A stretch of 47,186 nt of DNA from the NCBI GenBank assembly GCA_021432655.1, contig MU271279.1, positions 62,001 through 109,186 on the forward strand, read 5' to 3'. Under the pieces are notes generated by a model that was given only the letters and a program-made list of their open reading frames with translations, did not search any database and was not told the DNA's origin. This DNA is from Atractiella rhizophila. Lineage: Eukaryota. The translations under genes were made by a program, and so were the position numbers. Of this stretch, positions 12,513 to 24,875 are shown in pieces. Position 1 is the first letter of the stretch. Each line of letters opens with the position of its first letter.

Positions 12513-15310
12513 TCAAGAGAAACTTCTGAACTTCTCCTCCTTAAGCTCGATACCCTCCTTGATCGTTTCCTCCAACAAGGGGTCAACAATCCAATCCTCG
12601 TACGGTGCCCAAACTCCTGGTCGCTTGAGTTTCCCATCTAGCACCAACTGAACCGCGATGCCACAAGGCACACCGACAAGTCTAGCCATACTGCTACTTC
12701 CACCATCTATGCTTCCAGTCGGCGCACCGAAATCGATGAGTGTGGACGTGCGCGTCTCCCTCGATCCATCCGCGTTTTCCACGATGAACTTGTGTTGTAG
12801 GACAACGAGGTCACGATCACCTTTCTCAAGTGACATTTTAGATTCGAAAAGCGCGCATAAAGTGTCGAGCATGTTCGAGCGGACAATCTTGGCGGGGTTC
12901 GAGGAGAGGAAGCCATACCAATAGAGGCCGGCGAAGAATTTCTCGAGATTGGAGGAGGCGGCAGGAGAGGTGGAGAAGGCGGGAAGGTTAGATATCCTCT
13001 CCTTGATGGCGGGCAGAAGTGCGCTCTCCGATGTATCATTGCTCCCAATCGACTTGGCAGTGATTTGAGCCTTTTCAGAAGAAGATCAGCTGAGGAAGTG
13101 TAACGGCGAACTGCGTACCCAAGTCAAATCCCCCTTCAGCCAGTCCTTCTCGCTGTCATCCATGAATCCCAACTTCTTAATTCCCTCAATGAACTCGCAA
13201 AAGCCCTCATAGCGCATAGTACCTCTGACGAAGTCTTCGCATTCCTCTCCCAAGCCGTACAATTCCCTGAATGGTGTGCTGTCACGATTGGGATAGGCAA
13301 CAAAGGCAAATCCAGGGGCGACGTAGTAAGGTTTCGCGAAGGACATCAGCTCTGTGCCAGGAACAGGATACGGCTTTCCCTTTGAGAGGAACTTCGCGTC
13401 ATTGAGGAGGGCAAGGAGAGCACCCCGAGCAGACCACGAAAATTTGTAGCCCAACGGGTTCGTCGCGTTTTCAGGTGCGACAAGGCCTCCACAATAGGAG
13501 GAGAAACCCTTCACCTGCCCCATGCTGAGGTTAGTCTCCTTATGTATGAAGAGTCAATGGCGTACCTTTCCTCCTTCCGCCTTGATCTCTCGAAATCCCT
13601 TCATAGCCCAAAGGTGATCAACTCCGGGATCCAAACCAATCTCATTGACGATCGTGACACCAGCATCCTTTGCTTCTTGCTCCACTTCACGAATTGCAGG
13701 ACTGATGTAGCTAGTGGTGACTACATCCTTCTTCTGTTTGATTGCTTCTTTGATCACAAGAATATGGTAAGTGTATGGGATGAGGGAGATGATGAGGTCG
13801 TGTGTGGAGACTGCCTTGGCCAATGCAGCCCCGTCTGTCACATCGAGCGAGATACAAGAGACTGCTGTCGTCACTGAGAGTTCAGCAGCAAGTGCTTTGG
13901 CGGTAGCGAGCGTGCGACAAGCTGTTCACAGAATCCGACTACTGAGTTTGCTTACACCTCAGAAAAAAAGGCATACCAATGGTAAGCTGATTTTCCGGCC
14001 GTCGAAGAACACATTCAGCGGCTGGACCGGCAACCAGTCCACTACCAAGAAGGAGGATTCTCTTCGGGGCAAGATTCTCGCTCCCAGGAATGTAGCTTTT
14101 CGCTTTATCGATCTCAACTCGGGCAAACTCCGGCATAACAAAAGCAGCGAAGTGTGCCTTCTCATTCCAATACTTCATCGTCTGCCCAGGTTTGAGAACC
14201 AAATCCTTCGATCGCCGGAGGGGATACATGAAGTCTCTCTTTCCGTCCTTCGTCGCCATCAGAAATCCGATCGTACCGGAAGGGTAGGTCGGGATGGAAG
14301 TTTTGGCATAAGTAACATTTCCGCCGTAGTCAGCAAAGACAGTCTTCATCTCCTTCAACAGGTTCGAGATGAGGTTGAGGTGCAGCCATATACACTCTCC
14401 TTGAGTCGCGATCGTGCCTCCTTCTGCCAAATTATCCCTCAACAGCGCAAAGTAGTCCTTCTGGAAGAGTGAGTCAGCAGGCATAGAGCTTCCCTCTACC
14501 GCATCCGCATCTGAGGGATCCGAAGAGTCAGTTATGATCACGTCGAATTCCCCCTTCCCCTTCCGATCACGAAGGAATTCGAAACCGTCTCCGATGAACA
14601 CTTCGACTCGTGGATCATCAAACCCTTGCGCCATACCCTTCAGGTAGAGCTTCGAGACGCGAGGAACAGCTTCATCGATATCGCAGAGAACAGCGCGCTC
14701 AACCGTGGGGTGCTTGAGCACTTCTCGGAGGACTCCTCCGTCACCACCGCCGATAACAAGGACCGATTTGGGATTCGGATGGGAAGCCATAGGGAGGTGG
14801 GCGATCATCTCTTGGTATCTGTTCAAGTTATTAGATTTGCCGATAAGGTCTGCTCGTGTTCAAAAACCTGACAGTAGTTGTACACAATTCTAGATAGTTC
14901 CCAAGTCTCCTTGGAATGGGACTTTATCAGATTATCAAAGGCAATGTTTTATAGCACCATGCACAAGCAATTTGGATATCTAGTACCCATATGCAAGTCG
15001 TACAAACATTTAAGACGGTTTACTGAACTCGTCAAAAAAGCGGGAAGTGACTCGTAGAAAATAGCAACTTCCCTTCAAAAACGCAAGAAACGACTTACGC
15101 AAACTCATCATCTTCCACGCATTGAATAGCTCCGTCGAGCACTAGCACATTGCCATGCTTAAAACTCTCAAAGACGAGGACGTCCTGAAATTTGCTTTTC
15201 TCGACATGCAGAATCTTCTTCACCTTCAAACTCATCGCTTGTCCCGGCCAGAGCGGTGAGAGCTCTTGAAACCATCCGTCTTTAATCGAAGGGTGTGTGA
15301 GTTCTGACAT
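12513..15310 (-). CDS. SPE3-LYS9: Spermidine synthase / saccharopine dehydrogenase (glutamate-forming) fusion protein
   Basis: Spermidine synthase part: [52 protein letters not shown]. It reads in frame into the Lys9 part: [43 protein letters not shown]. Confidence 0.95.
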
Positions 15311-15408
15311 CGTGGCTATCGCTTGTGCTGGGTGTCTTGGTGAAGAGATCAAAAAATTGTCGAGTCGATCATTTTCAAGCAAAATTTCAAATCGATTGCT
15401 CATCTCAG

Positions 15409-15420
15409 TCACGTGAGTCA
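15409..15420. promoter_or_regulatory. Overlapping TCACGTGA (bHLH E-box, Cbf1-type) and TGAGTCA (Gcn4/CPC1-type) sites in a 128-bp bidirectional promoter
   Basis: Sequence tcacgtgagtca lies between the ATGs at 15310 (-) and 15439 (+). Confidence 0.5.
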
Positions 15421-15438
15421 CAAACACCAAAATCCAAA

Positions 15439-17099
15439 ATGTCTTTGGCTGACCCTTCCGAACGCGCCCACTGGATTTCTGTATTAAAGACATTCACATC
15501 TTATAGAACAGCAGCTTTATCAGGCAACCAGCTGCGTCGAAGGGACTTCTACTCCCTTGCCCAGCATCAGAGAGAACTTATTGGTGATGCCTACAAGAAA
15601 TTATTAGACGATGCAGATTGGTGTATTAGGGCTAATGCCGATTTTTGTGATGAGATTGCGAGCGAGGCCGCTGCGATGTTTGGATTAGAAGATGGAGAAG
15701 GAGGTTCGTGCTTCACTGCACGAATGGCGCCTTCGGTAAAGCTGAAGTTGGGACAGGCGAGGATCTTGCGATGGATGGGGAAGCCGGGGACACTCATTCA
15801 CACGATGGTCATCTAAATTCTCACTCTCACTCTCATTCTCATCCACATACACATCCTGCGCCAATCTCTGCCGCGCCAACTGGCAAGCCAGATTACGAGA
15901 AGCTCCGTTCAACGCTTCGCCAATTCGTGCGTGACTGGTCAGCCGAGGTGCGCTCTTCCACTTGAATTTGGCTACTACAGCAACTTGCACTCACTGTATG
16001 AGATTTAGGGAGCAAAAGAACGTCGGGAGACCTATGAACCGATAATCGAGTTTCTCTTACAGGAATACGGAGAAAAAGAGAGGTATGCACCTCTCTCTTC
16101 GTGAAGGACAATATCGCTGATGCGAACAAGTTCAGAGGGAATATAAAAGTTTTGAATCCAGGATCTGGTCTCGCTAGACTTAGTTGGGAGCTCAGCAACG
16201 TCGGTGCGTCATGACCAGATTGTTTGTTCGCAACTGATTCTGTTGTGCGTACTCCAGGTTTTGCATCACAAGGTGCGTCTCCTCCATTTTCAAAACGCGA
16301 TCTGATCAAAGATTAGGCAATGAAGTTTCGGTGTTCATGATATTTTCATCGTTCCTAATTCTCAACAAGTTCGCCTTCCCTTCAGATTTTCGAACTCTAT
16401 CCCTGAATATTAGGTTTCTAGATGCACATCCGCAGAACAGTACACAATTTATCCCTCTGTCCACAGCTTTTCCAACTCCCTCACCTCCGCTTCCATTCTA
16501 GCTCCATCTCGCATCCCGGATGTCTGTCCGTCTCAGACGACTAAGAGTGAAGAAAGGGGTGAATTCAGCATGATCTGTGGGGAGTTCGTTGCAGTCTACA
16601 ATACAGCAGAGCAGGAAGGTATATCTATATCCTTTATCTACCTTAGCATGAAAAGCTGATTGACAATCAGGGCAGTGGGACGCTGTGGTCACATGCTTCT
16701 TTATTGACACGGCAACGAATGTTGTGGATTATCTAGAAACTATTTGGCGCCTCTTGAAGCCTGGAGGTCTGTGGATCAACCTGGGGTACGTCTTTTTCTT
16801 CTGCACAAGTCTGACAGCACCTCAAAGTATCTCGTCAAAGGCCCAATCTATGGCATTTTGAAAGTTCACGAGACCCCACCATCACGAGTATCGAGCTACC
16901 TATCGATGCCATTAAAAATTTATCCCGAAAAATTGGATTTAAGATCGAGGTTCGCCTTTTCTTTGTATTTGGATTGGCAACTAATGTGCAAGAACAGAAC
17001 GAGAGAGAAATAAAAACGACGTACAATCAGAACCCGGAATCGCTGCTGGAGAGCATTTACCGAGCGCAATTCTGGATAGGTCGAAAGCCAAAGGTGTAG
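15439..17099 (+). CDS. CARNMT1: Carnosine/histidine N-methyltransferase (N2227 domain), multi-exon
   Basis: Motifs [48 protein letters not shown] and [11 protein letters not shown]. His-rich linker near the N-terminus. Stop TAG at 17097-17099. Confidence 0.88.
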
Positions 17100-17540
17100 A
17101 AACATAAAAGTAAAATACGAGCTTCCTATCCTCTTCAAAGCCTGAAGCTACAGCAGCACATACCAAAGACTTTTGTCCTGATAAATAATACTTGCTCATT
17201 ACTTTCTAACGATTAGATTTCATCAACCTCGCAACTCGGAGCACTGCGCTCTGATACAATGAGCAGGAAGGGGAAAATGCAGAGAAAGCAACAAAGATAG
17301 CTTTCCGTTCGAAACGCTCACGTGAGAAGTCAGCGACTGAGCGGCTCCGTTGGATGTCCACCGACACTTTTTCTTCCATTGAAGTTAGCTGAAGTCTTGC
17401 TGGAGCTGGTGTTTGGGTGACTTCTACGGAACGTCTAAGGGGCTCATAGAAAGCTTGGAGCGTGAAAGTACCATAAAAGCTAGAAACACAGTAAGTTTCC
17501 GTTGCATCCAAGAAGTCGAGTGAAATGGTTTTGTGAAGGC

Positions 17541-19301
17541 ATGATTGTCCTACGAAAAGCTGCGTTCCCGTCCATCCTTCAGCGTGCTCCCATCTCTCCA
17601 CGCCCTGCATTCCGCTCACGCCCTATCCACCTCTCCGCCGTGCGCCTTCAAGATTTCTCAGGTAGAATACGTCGTAGCCAGCGACCTAATAGGCGTCAAT
17701 CTACCTCTCGTGAAGAAGAGGACGAAGACGTAGATGATGGAGAAGCAAGCCGTTTCGATGACTTTGACCCCAACAGACCAGGCCCGGACAGGCGTGAGGT
17801 GGTGAAGCTCATCTCAGAATGGCAGAAGGGCGGTTCGGGAGCCCCATCGCGTGTGGAGATGCTTCAGAAGCTGTATGGAATGGGCGAGGTCAAAGCGTCG
17901 ACGGTTGCTGAAGAGCTGGAGAGTGCTGCTGGCCCTAAGGCGGCTCAGGAGGAGTTGGAGGAGATTGGAGGTGAGGATTTCGGAAGTGAAGGAGCGCCTG
18001 CACCGGAAGACGCGCCGAAGAGGAGAATTTCGAGGGGTCAGGAAAGCGCCAATCTTATTTCATTCAAAGCGACTAAGGAGGATATGGAGCTTTATTTTAA
18101 GCATAAGAGACGTCTTCAAGAGTCGGGCCAACAGGACCTTGATTTTGATGCGGCGGAGGAAGATGAAGGAGAGGACGAGCTCATGCTTGCGGAGTGGCAG
18201 GAAATGCAAGAAGAGGAGGCTGAGGAAGCTGCGGTCCAGAGACAGTATGATGATGTCCAGAGGAAGCTGGAAACAGTGGTTAAGGCTGGTTTGCTTACAG
18301 AGGCCGAGATAGGAGAGAGTGAATATGGGGAGGTCGTTGCTAACTTGTTGGACGAGTGGGAATTTGGAGATGCCGCAACAGCGAATCTGAACGAAGAAAT
18401 CGTCAAGCCAGATCCGCACGCCGCTCTCAAGCCAGCGGAACGTCGCAAAGCCACCATCGCGGACCTTGCTGGTCAAGTCGAAGCAACGCTGGAGGAGGAC
18501 GTCGGAATCATTCGTGCGATGCGAGGAGAGTCTCAAGAGGAGCAGATAACCAAGGAGTCTCTCGGCGCTCTCGCTGATAAAGTCTTCCCTGACGTGGACG
18601 AGCACTCTTTCGACGATGAGTTTGATGGAGATTTCGTCAATGAGCCGGAATTGACGACTTATGCTTACGAGCAACTTTACCTCCAACGAGTCCATCTTAA
18701 GTACCTTCGACTGACGGAATTCGAACTACCCACATTCACTCGTTCGTCTATTTCCCCTCCCATCTACCGATGTTGACAAAATGCGGACAGGTTTCCACAA
18801 ACCGTTCGTGCCACCGTCATCAAAACATATCGTCCGCATTCGGACACAACATTATCAAGGAGAAGAGCATCCCGCCGACCGTAAGTGCGCGCTCACTGTC
18901 CACGTTCCCGGCATTCCAAACCTCGAAGATTGGATGAGGCACAAATTCCGAGTCCTCGCCGGACCGCGGTGGTATCCTGAAGAGGACATGGTCAAGATCT
19001 CTTGCGAGCTATTCCCAGAGCTGGAGATGAACGAGAAGTGGTGTAACGACACCCTGAACAAGCTCCTTACGGTTGCTAAGGTCTGTCTTCACCTTCTACT
19101 TTGTTGTGGGAAAGGTGTTGATGTTGGCTGCAGGAAGGAGAGGACAAGATGCTCGATGTTCCATTGGACACTCGGGCTGCTGAGAAGAGGAAAAAGGTCA
19201 AGAGGTCGAGACGTGCAGTTGAGGCGGAAGATTTCCCTCTCGAGTGGCTACCCACTCCTTCACAATATCGATCGGCCGTCCCCATTGAAGTACTCCCATA
19301 A
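17541..19301 (+). CDS. RSM24: Mitochondrial small ribosomal subunit protein mS35 (Rsm24), 3 exons
   Basis: Arg-rich presequence MIVLRKAAFPSILQRAP. C-terminal family motifs YLRLTEFELP|FHKPFVPP..HYQGEEHPADRK..KFRVLAGPRW..VKISCELFP..DVPLDTR..DFPLEW. Confidence 0.85.
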
Positions 19302-19455
19302 TACTGCAAGTCTTAATTATATCCTTATTCCTCACTTCTCCACTGTTCCGTGCTTCAATATCTGAGCGACTTCAAGTACTCGTCTATGAACACAATTTTG
19401 CTATTCACAGTGGGCAACTATAGATACACTTGTTCACCATATCCCCAACGTCACT

Positions 19456-20219
19456 TTAATTTTGGTTGAACTCTCCTTTCGATCTCAGCGATCCTTGCGC
19501 CTTCAGGTCAGGATTACCAGTGACAACACCTTTGGCTTGCTCGTAGGCTCCCTTCGCCTTATCTCCAAAGGTAGCTTTTGCTGCAGAATGTTGATGGTCA
19601 GGACGATGGTCCCCATCACGGACGAAATCAGAGGGACTATGTCGAGTCGCGTCGTCATTGAAGTGATGAGCCGTCGCCCCTTCTCGTCCCAAACCGGAAT
19701 GCATCGCATCCGTCGTATCTGCAGTCCCCAGTGAGCCAAAGGCCGTAACGATGAAGGCTCAGCTATAACGTACGGAAACTCTGTTGATTTTGTCCATGCC
19801 TATCGAACCCTTCCCTTCCCTCGAATCCTTGAGTCGGTCGACCAGTTCCGCTCCCCTGATTCAAGCCTTCAAAGTTGCCGCCTTCGCATCGCATCCGAAT
19901 GAGCAAACTCGACTGCCAGTAACAACTTGAAATGGCAGCTTGGGAAACTTACCGCGTTGGTATTGCGGTTCTGCGCTGCCAAAGGCGGAGGGATCGATTC
20001 CCTTTGGTTCTGGAGCGCCACCGCCGGTAGACAATCCTTGCATGGAAGGGAGATTCATCGTCTCGACGTTTCCCTTCGGGCGGTATTCAAGTTGTTCTCC
20101 GCCCCCTGCAAGGCATTCTTAACGACTCGGAAACGAGTGGAGGAAAGGCGCGCACCTTGAGTAGGGTAGTCGCTACCAGTCAAACCGGTGTTTTGCTGAT
20201 TGTTGATGTTAGAAGACAT
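19456..20219 (-). CDS. Small hydrophilic stress/dormancy protein with C-terminal CsbD/LEA-like motif (multi-exon, internal structure approximate)
   Basis: Starts MSSNINNQQNTGLTGSDYPTQ and ends KATFGDKAKGAYEQAKGVVTGNPDLKAQG. TATAAAA and a CRE site lie upstream. Confidence 0.6.
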
Positions 20220-20269
20220 GTTGAGTTGTAGATTGTGCAAATTGTTGCGACTGTGAGGGGATCTTGCCC

Positions 20270-20324
20270 TTTTATACTGGCCCGGAAAGGAGAGAGAAGG
20301 GATATGATGCAGTCCGTGACGTCA
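20270..20324 (-). promoter_or_regulatory. TATA box (TATAAAA, ~20270-20276) and ATF/CRE palindrome TGACGTCA (20317-20324) upstream of the stress gene
   Basis: Direct motif matches about 50 and 100 bp upstream of ATG 20219. Confidence 0.55.
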
Positions 20325-21360
20325 CCGTCATCATCTCCTACCTCAAGCGGCCTCAAGCGAAGGTGCTAAGCCGAGCGATCTCTCTTAGGTGCTACATAAC
20401 CATTAATTAGTCACAACAGCCTTGTTAAATACTACTGTAATAATCTTTCACAGAGCACAATAAGGATGTCAAGTTACATCGATGTACACCCTTTGCGTCT
20501 TGAAAAGGGAGAATCGATGAAGAGTGAAAGAACGATTCAAGTTATAACTTCAAAGCACTCTGACACAGTGCGACAATAAGCCCGACAAACCCCAATAACT
20601 CAATAATTCAGTCATTCCCACCCAGTCGACGGTCGACGTCTTGACGTTTGATCTCGTCAATGGAAAGTACTGAAATGCCGAGGGATCGACAATTCACAAT
20701 ATGGACTCTTAGCTTGCTTGAGCGTCATCACCCTCTGATCCCTTATTCCAACCGTTTGACGAAAGCAAAGTGCAAACCTTTCTTCACATGTCCGTGTAAA
20801 CTGGTGCCAAAGTCAATCCCATTTCATGAGCGCTGTCTGTCACGACATCATTCCCTTTGAGCCCCTCCACCACTCGCTCTCCTCCCTCACGGTCTCTGAG
20901 TCTGCTCTTCTTATTCCACCTACATTCCTTCTTCTCTTCATTCCTTGTGGCTTGTCACCCTCTTCCTTCTTTCGCTTGACGCTTGACTGTTTGAGCGGTC
21001 GGAAGCAAATTTGGCACACAGCCAAGCTACTCCAGTATTCCATCTTTCGACGACCACTCCTCCCTCAGCAGCTCCTGGGAGCCTCTGCAACAGGCTCATC
21101 CCTTGCATTTGCCTTGCGGTCACAACCAGAGACTGGGTCACGACATCCCCTGCCTCACGACGACAGGATCGGCTAACTTGGGCTCCATTTGAACTGCCTT
21201 GTTCCAGTTCCCGACGATCATTTATACGTTCGCCTCCCGTACAGCAACACTCTTTCGCCCTTCAGCTTGTCTGTCGCAGTTCGCAGCGGTATCCTGAACA
21301 GTAGTCTAATATCCCAATATCTCAAGGAGCGAAATTGCTGCATGACTTTGTTCCAACGAG

Positions 21361-23353
21361 ATGTCTTCCAAGACCAAGTGCAATCCAAGGCGGACCCACA
21401 CCCTCGTCTCCCGCTCACTCCCGTCAGCTCAACAGGTACCAAAGATCGGTCCCTTCAGCCTCAGGTACTCCGACAACGAGACGTCGATCCAATACTCGAA
21501 GGGGTGGAAGATTGCGACGTCGAATAACTTGAATGTGTCTGATGGGGTCGAACATGTAACTACCACACCAGGCAGCTCTGCTTTTTTTCTATTCAGAGGT
21601 GCGTCCTTCGATGCTCATCTGTATTCCCCGTCTTTGAGCTTAGGAGACCGTATTGAACATGAAATGCATGGGAATAGGGATTTCGATAGCTTTTTTCGGG
21701 AGGACTGGACCTGACCATGGCCAGTTTGAGATCGAAGTGGATGATTACAAGTTCAACGGAACCGCCTTGTCTCAGGAGGCAGAGAGTGGACAGGTCTTAT
21801 TTCAAGTAAATGGACTGAGGGACGATGAGCTCCATTTGATGCGGTTCAAACACGATGACAAGAAGGGAGTGAGGTTGGATTTGGATGGACTTGTGGTGCA
21901 AGGGAACCAGAACACTGTGTGCGTTTCTTCCATTCATTGGGGAAAGGGAATGTCATATTGAATCGTTCGCTACGGTATGCATAGACCATTTCCAGTGCCT
22001 AATGGTTCCGAGAACCCGTTCGGCAACAGCGGTGATCCATCCACCTCTTCCCTACCTTCATCCCTCCCTCCTACTGCTTCTACTTCCGCTTCTGCCTCCA
22101 CCTCCACCTCCATCTCCTCCTCCACTTCCACCACAACCACTTCCCGACCCACGTCAACATCCGTCGTCCCCCACCCACCCTTCTCCAACTCCTCCGCCAT
22201 CTCGACTCGGAACGCTGCGATTGGAGGCACAGTGGGAGGGGTGGTAGGAGTTGCACTCTTAGGCTGGCTAATATTTCTACTGCTCCGACGACGTAAAAAT
22301 GGCCAAGGCCTCCTCGCCTCTTCCTTCAAATCCCTACCCCGCAAATGGAACCTCCTCTCAACCCCTCCAGCCTCCACAGTGACCTCTCCAGATCCTACAC
22401 CGGCCATGGAACAGATAGATCCTATCCTCGCTTCCTTAACTGTCAAGCCGAGAGGTGGAGGAAGCTTTCAGCACATACGGACTAGGAGCGCGTCGCCGGC
22501 GTTCGAGAAGGCTGTGGCTACGGCTACTGGTGTTGGTGTTGGGGTGGGTGGGGGAGGACATGTGAGAGGACGAAGCGACGGGAGTGGGAGCATCAGACTG
22601 TATTCTGCTGCGCCGATGGGTATGGGAGGGAGTGGAGGAAGGGGGAGCAGACAGAGTTTCTCGGGCGATCCGTACCTGTCGAAGAGGAGTCAACTCAGTG
22701 TGATGAACCCGGATGTGTTCGTCGAACCTTCGGAGGATCGAAGTGGTGGAGGAGCGAAGGGGCAGAGAGGGAGTTTGGCTATCGATCAGGCTTGGATATA
22801 TGAGGGGAGGCAGAGGGAGATGGGCAGGGGAGGGAACTCGTCTGGCAGCGGCAGTGGGAGCGGCAGCACTGGGAGCTACGTCGTCGATTCTCCCGACGAT
22901 TCGCCAGAGGCCAGCACTTCCAACCTAGGAACGAACGGACACAGTAACAGCAGCTCGCACCAATCCCTCACCCTCTCCCAATACTTCCCTTCCTCCCGTC
23001 GACCCACCCTCCTGCCCATCTCCGAACACACCTCCTACCGCTCCTCGTACCCCGCCTCCCCTCCGCTCGCAGATAGTATGGCACCATCTCCCCTCCCTGC
23101 ACCCGCTCCGCCGTTCGCGATGAATCCGAGCGCGAGCGGGAATGTGTCGTTTACGAGTTCGCCGAGCGACGTGCAGTATGTGGGCTTTCAGGAGTATCCT
23201 TTTGAGGGGAGCGAGGGGAGTAGTCAGAGGAGTAGCGTGGCGGAGGATAGGAGGAGGAGTGCGTTTGGACGGGACGCTTCTATCGCTGCTAGGAGTAGTA
23301 CGAGCGGGAGCGAGCGGGCGAGGTGGACTCAGAGTGGAGATTTTGCTTCTTGA
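21361..23353 (+). CDS. Single-pass cell-surface protein: extracellular beta-sandwich, Ser/Thr stalk, TM helix, disordered tail (Mid2/Skg6-like layout). Start uncertain.
   Basis: Exons SDNETSIQYSKGW..FLFR|GISIAFFGRTGPDHGQFEIEVD..RLDLDGLVV, then an S/T-rich stalk and the TM segment AAIGGTVGGVVGVALLGWLIFLLLRRRK. Confidence 0.7.
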
Positions 23354-23472
23354 CGTTAATAATCGAAAGCTCGTGCTGACGTTTGAGTGAGTTGAACGTT
23401 GATCGTATATAGGTAGATGCATGTGTATAGTGCTTTAATCTTGTTTCATTCGTCATTTGTGACATCCATCCT

Positions 23473-24875
23473 TCATTCACGCTCATACACGCTGTTTGGT
23501 GCATCTTCTCCATCAATGCTTACTGCGAGCAAGTTGTATTTCGACTTTCCTTTCACTCTTTCGAGCGAATCGTAGATGTACATTCCACATTCTGCGCCAA
23601 AATTTGATGCGTGTTTCTGAATCTCGCCCTTGTTGAAAGACAAACTTGAACGACCCACTGGCAGTGTGCAATCGCATAGCCTCTTGATTGGTTGTGAAGT
23701 TTTCTCATGCTTCCATGACATTTCAACTAATTCATGTGGTAGAAGGGTGACGCTTGACAAAGACTTGAAGGATAGTTCAGCTCAAAGAAAGTTTTGAAAG
23801 AGGCATCCTTGTCCTTTTTGGGCCCACATGTTGTCTTGCCCAAGGGTTCTAGTTCCCGACCTGGCACTTTCCTTTCTCTGGGACGCAGGGATATAAAGTG
23901 TCAAGCAGCTCAGTTCGTCAGTCGAACTACTTCCGACTTCGATACCCATTTGGAGATTTAGACTCCAACTTGAACATGCTTTGTAAGGTTTCCATCCAGC
24001 ATTTGGACGGTACATTAATGGCATGCTACTAGGTAGCTGCGTTTTCTGCGGTGAAATAATATCTCACTGTGGAGGTCAATTAATCCAACATAAAAATGTT
24101 GTTGGATTTTTGAGAGCCTATCCGAAAATGGAACCGCTTCACTGCCGTACGCAATCTCTCATCGAAACAGAAACAATGAACCTGAGCAGCTTAGATCTGG
24201 CTCGCAGCGTTAGACTCGGACAGTTTACCTTGCGAGCTCTGTCATGCAGTAGGTTACTGGACCTGTGACGCTGGGTTCCACTCCTACACGGCCTATTTTT
24301 CAGAATTAATCAAGAACGTTGTTCACTTGCACGTCGTCGAGCAGTTTATGGACTTTCAGGATCGAGGACAGGCCGATGTAATCGATGTGATCCTTGGCTT
24401 AGATGTGACAAAACCCAGCCTACTCAAAGAGAAGCAGCTGATTGCTACTGAGATGGAGGACACCAAACGAGAATATTCTCGCACAGGGTTCGAATCACCA
24501 TTCGACAAATATGAAACTTTCCGGGCTAGGCACCGTCTGTCATTTAGGCGACGACTCTGTCTAATCCCTCCGCTGTACTGGAACGATATCGAACGCCTAT
24601 ACCAGGAATGGCGAGATGGGGTATCGACACTTGATGAACTCAGATTTTCTTCTACCCGTGCAAGCAGCCAGCTCCACGTCGCCGATCTCAACTTGACAGT
24701 CAACAGCATCTTCGAGCCTCAGTCTTTGTGTGGCGGGACCCAGACGAGGGAAACCATCACAGGAGATCTCAAACTAATCATACCTCTCAACGGCAGGGTT
24801 CCCGACCTCAAGAATACCGCGAGGATGAGGAGATTCAAGATGGCTCTTTCTCGTACCGTCGTGCTCCGAGTGTGA
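23473..24875. pseudogene. Probable decayed F-box/LRR-like gene fragments
   Basis: Minus-strand TLLPHELVEM resembles an F-box start. Plus-strand FLRAYPKM and a 182-aa orphan ORF (24327-24875) are also present. No coherent spliced model could be built. Confidence 0.25.

Noticed and set aside
13771..14472. 233-aa plus-strand ORF
   Set aside because: Antisense to SPE3-LYS9 with no recognisable motifs.
12513..17099. Secondary-metabolite gene cluster (methyltransferase, TF and MFS nearby)
   Set aside because: There is no backbone enzyme (PKS, NRPS, terpene synthase), and the genes are housekeeping-type and interspersed with unrelated functions.
18060..18695. 211-aa minus-strand ORF
   Set aside because: Antisense shadow of the Glu-rich RSM24 region.
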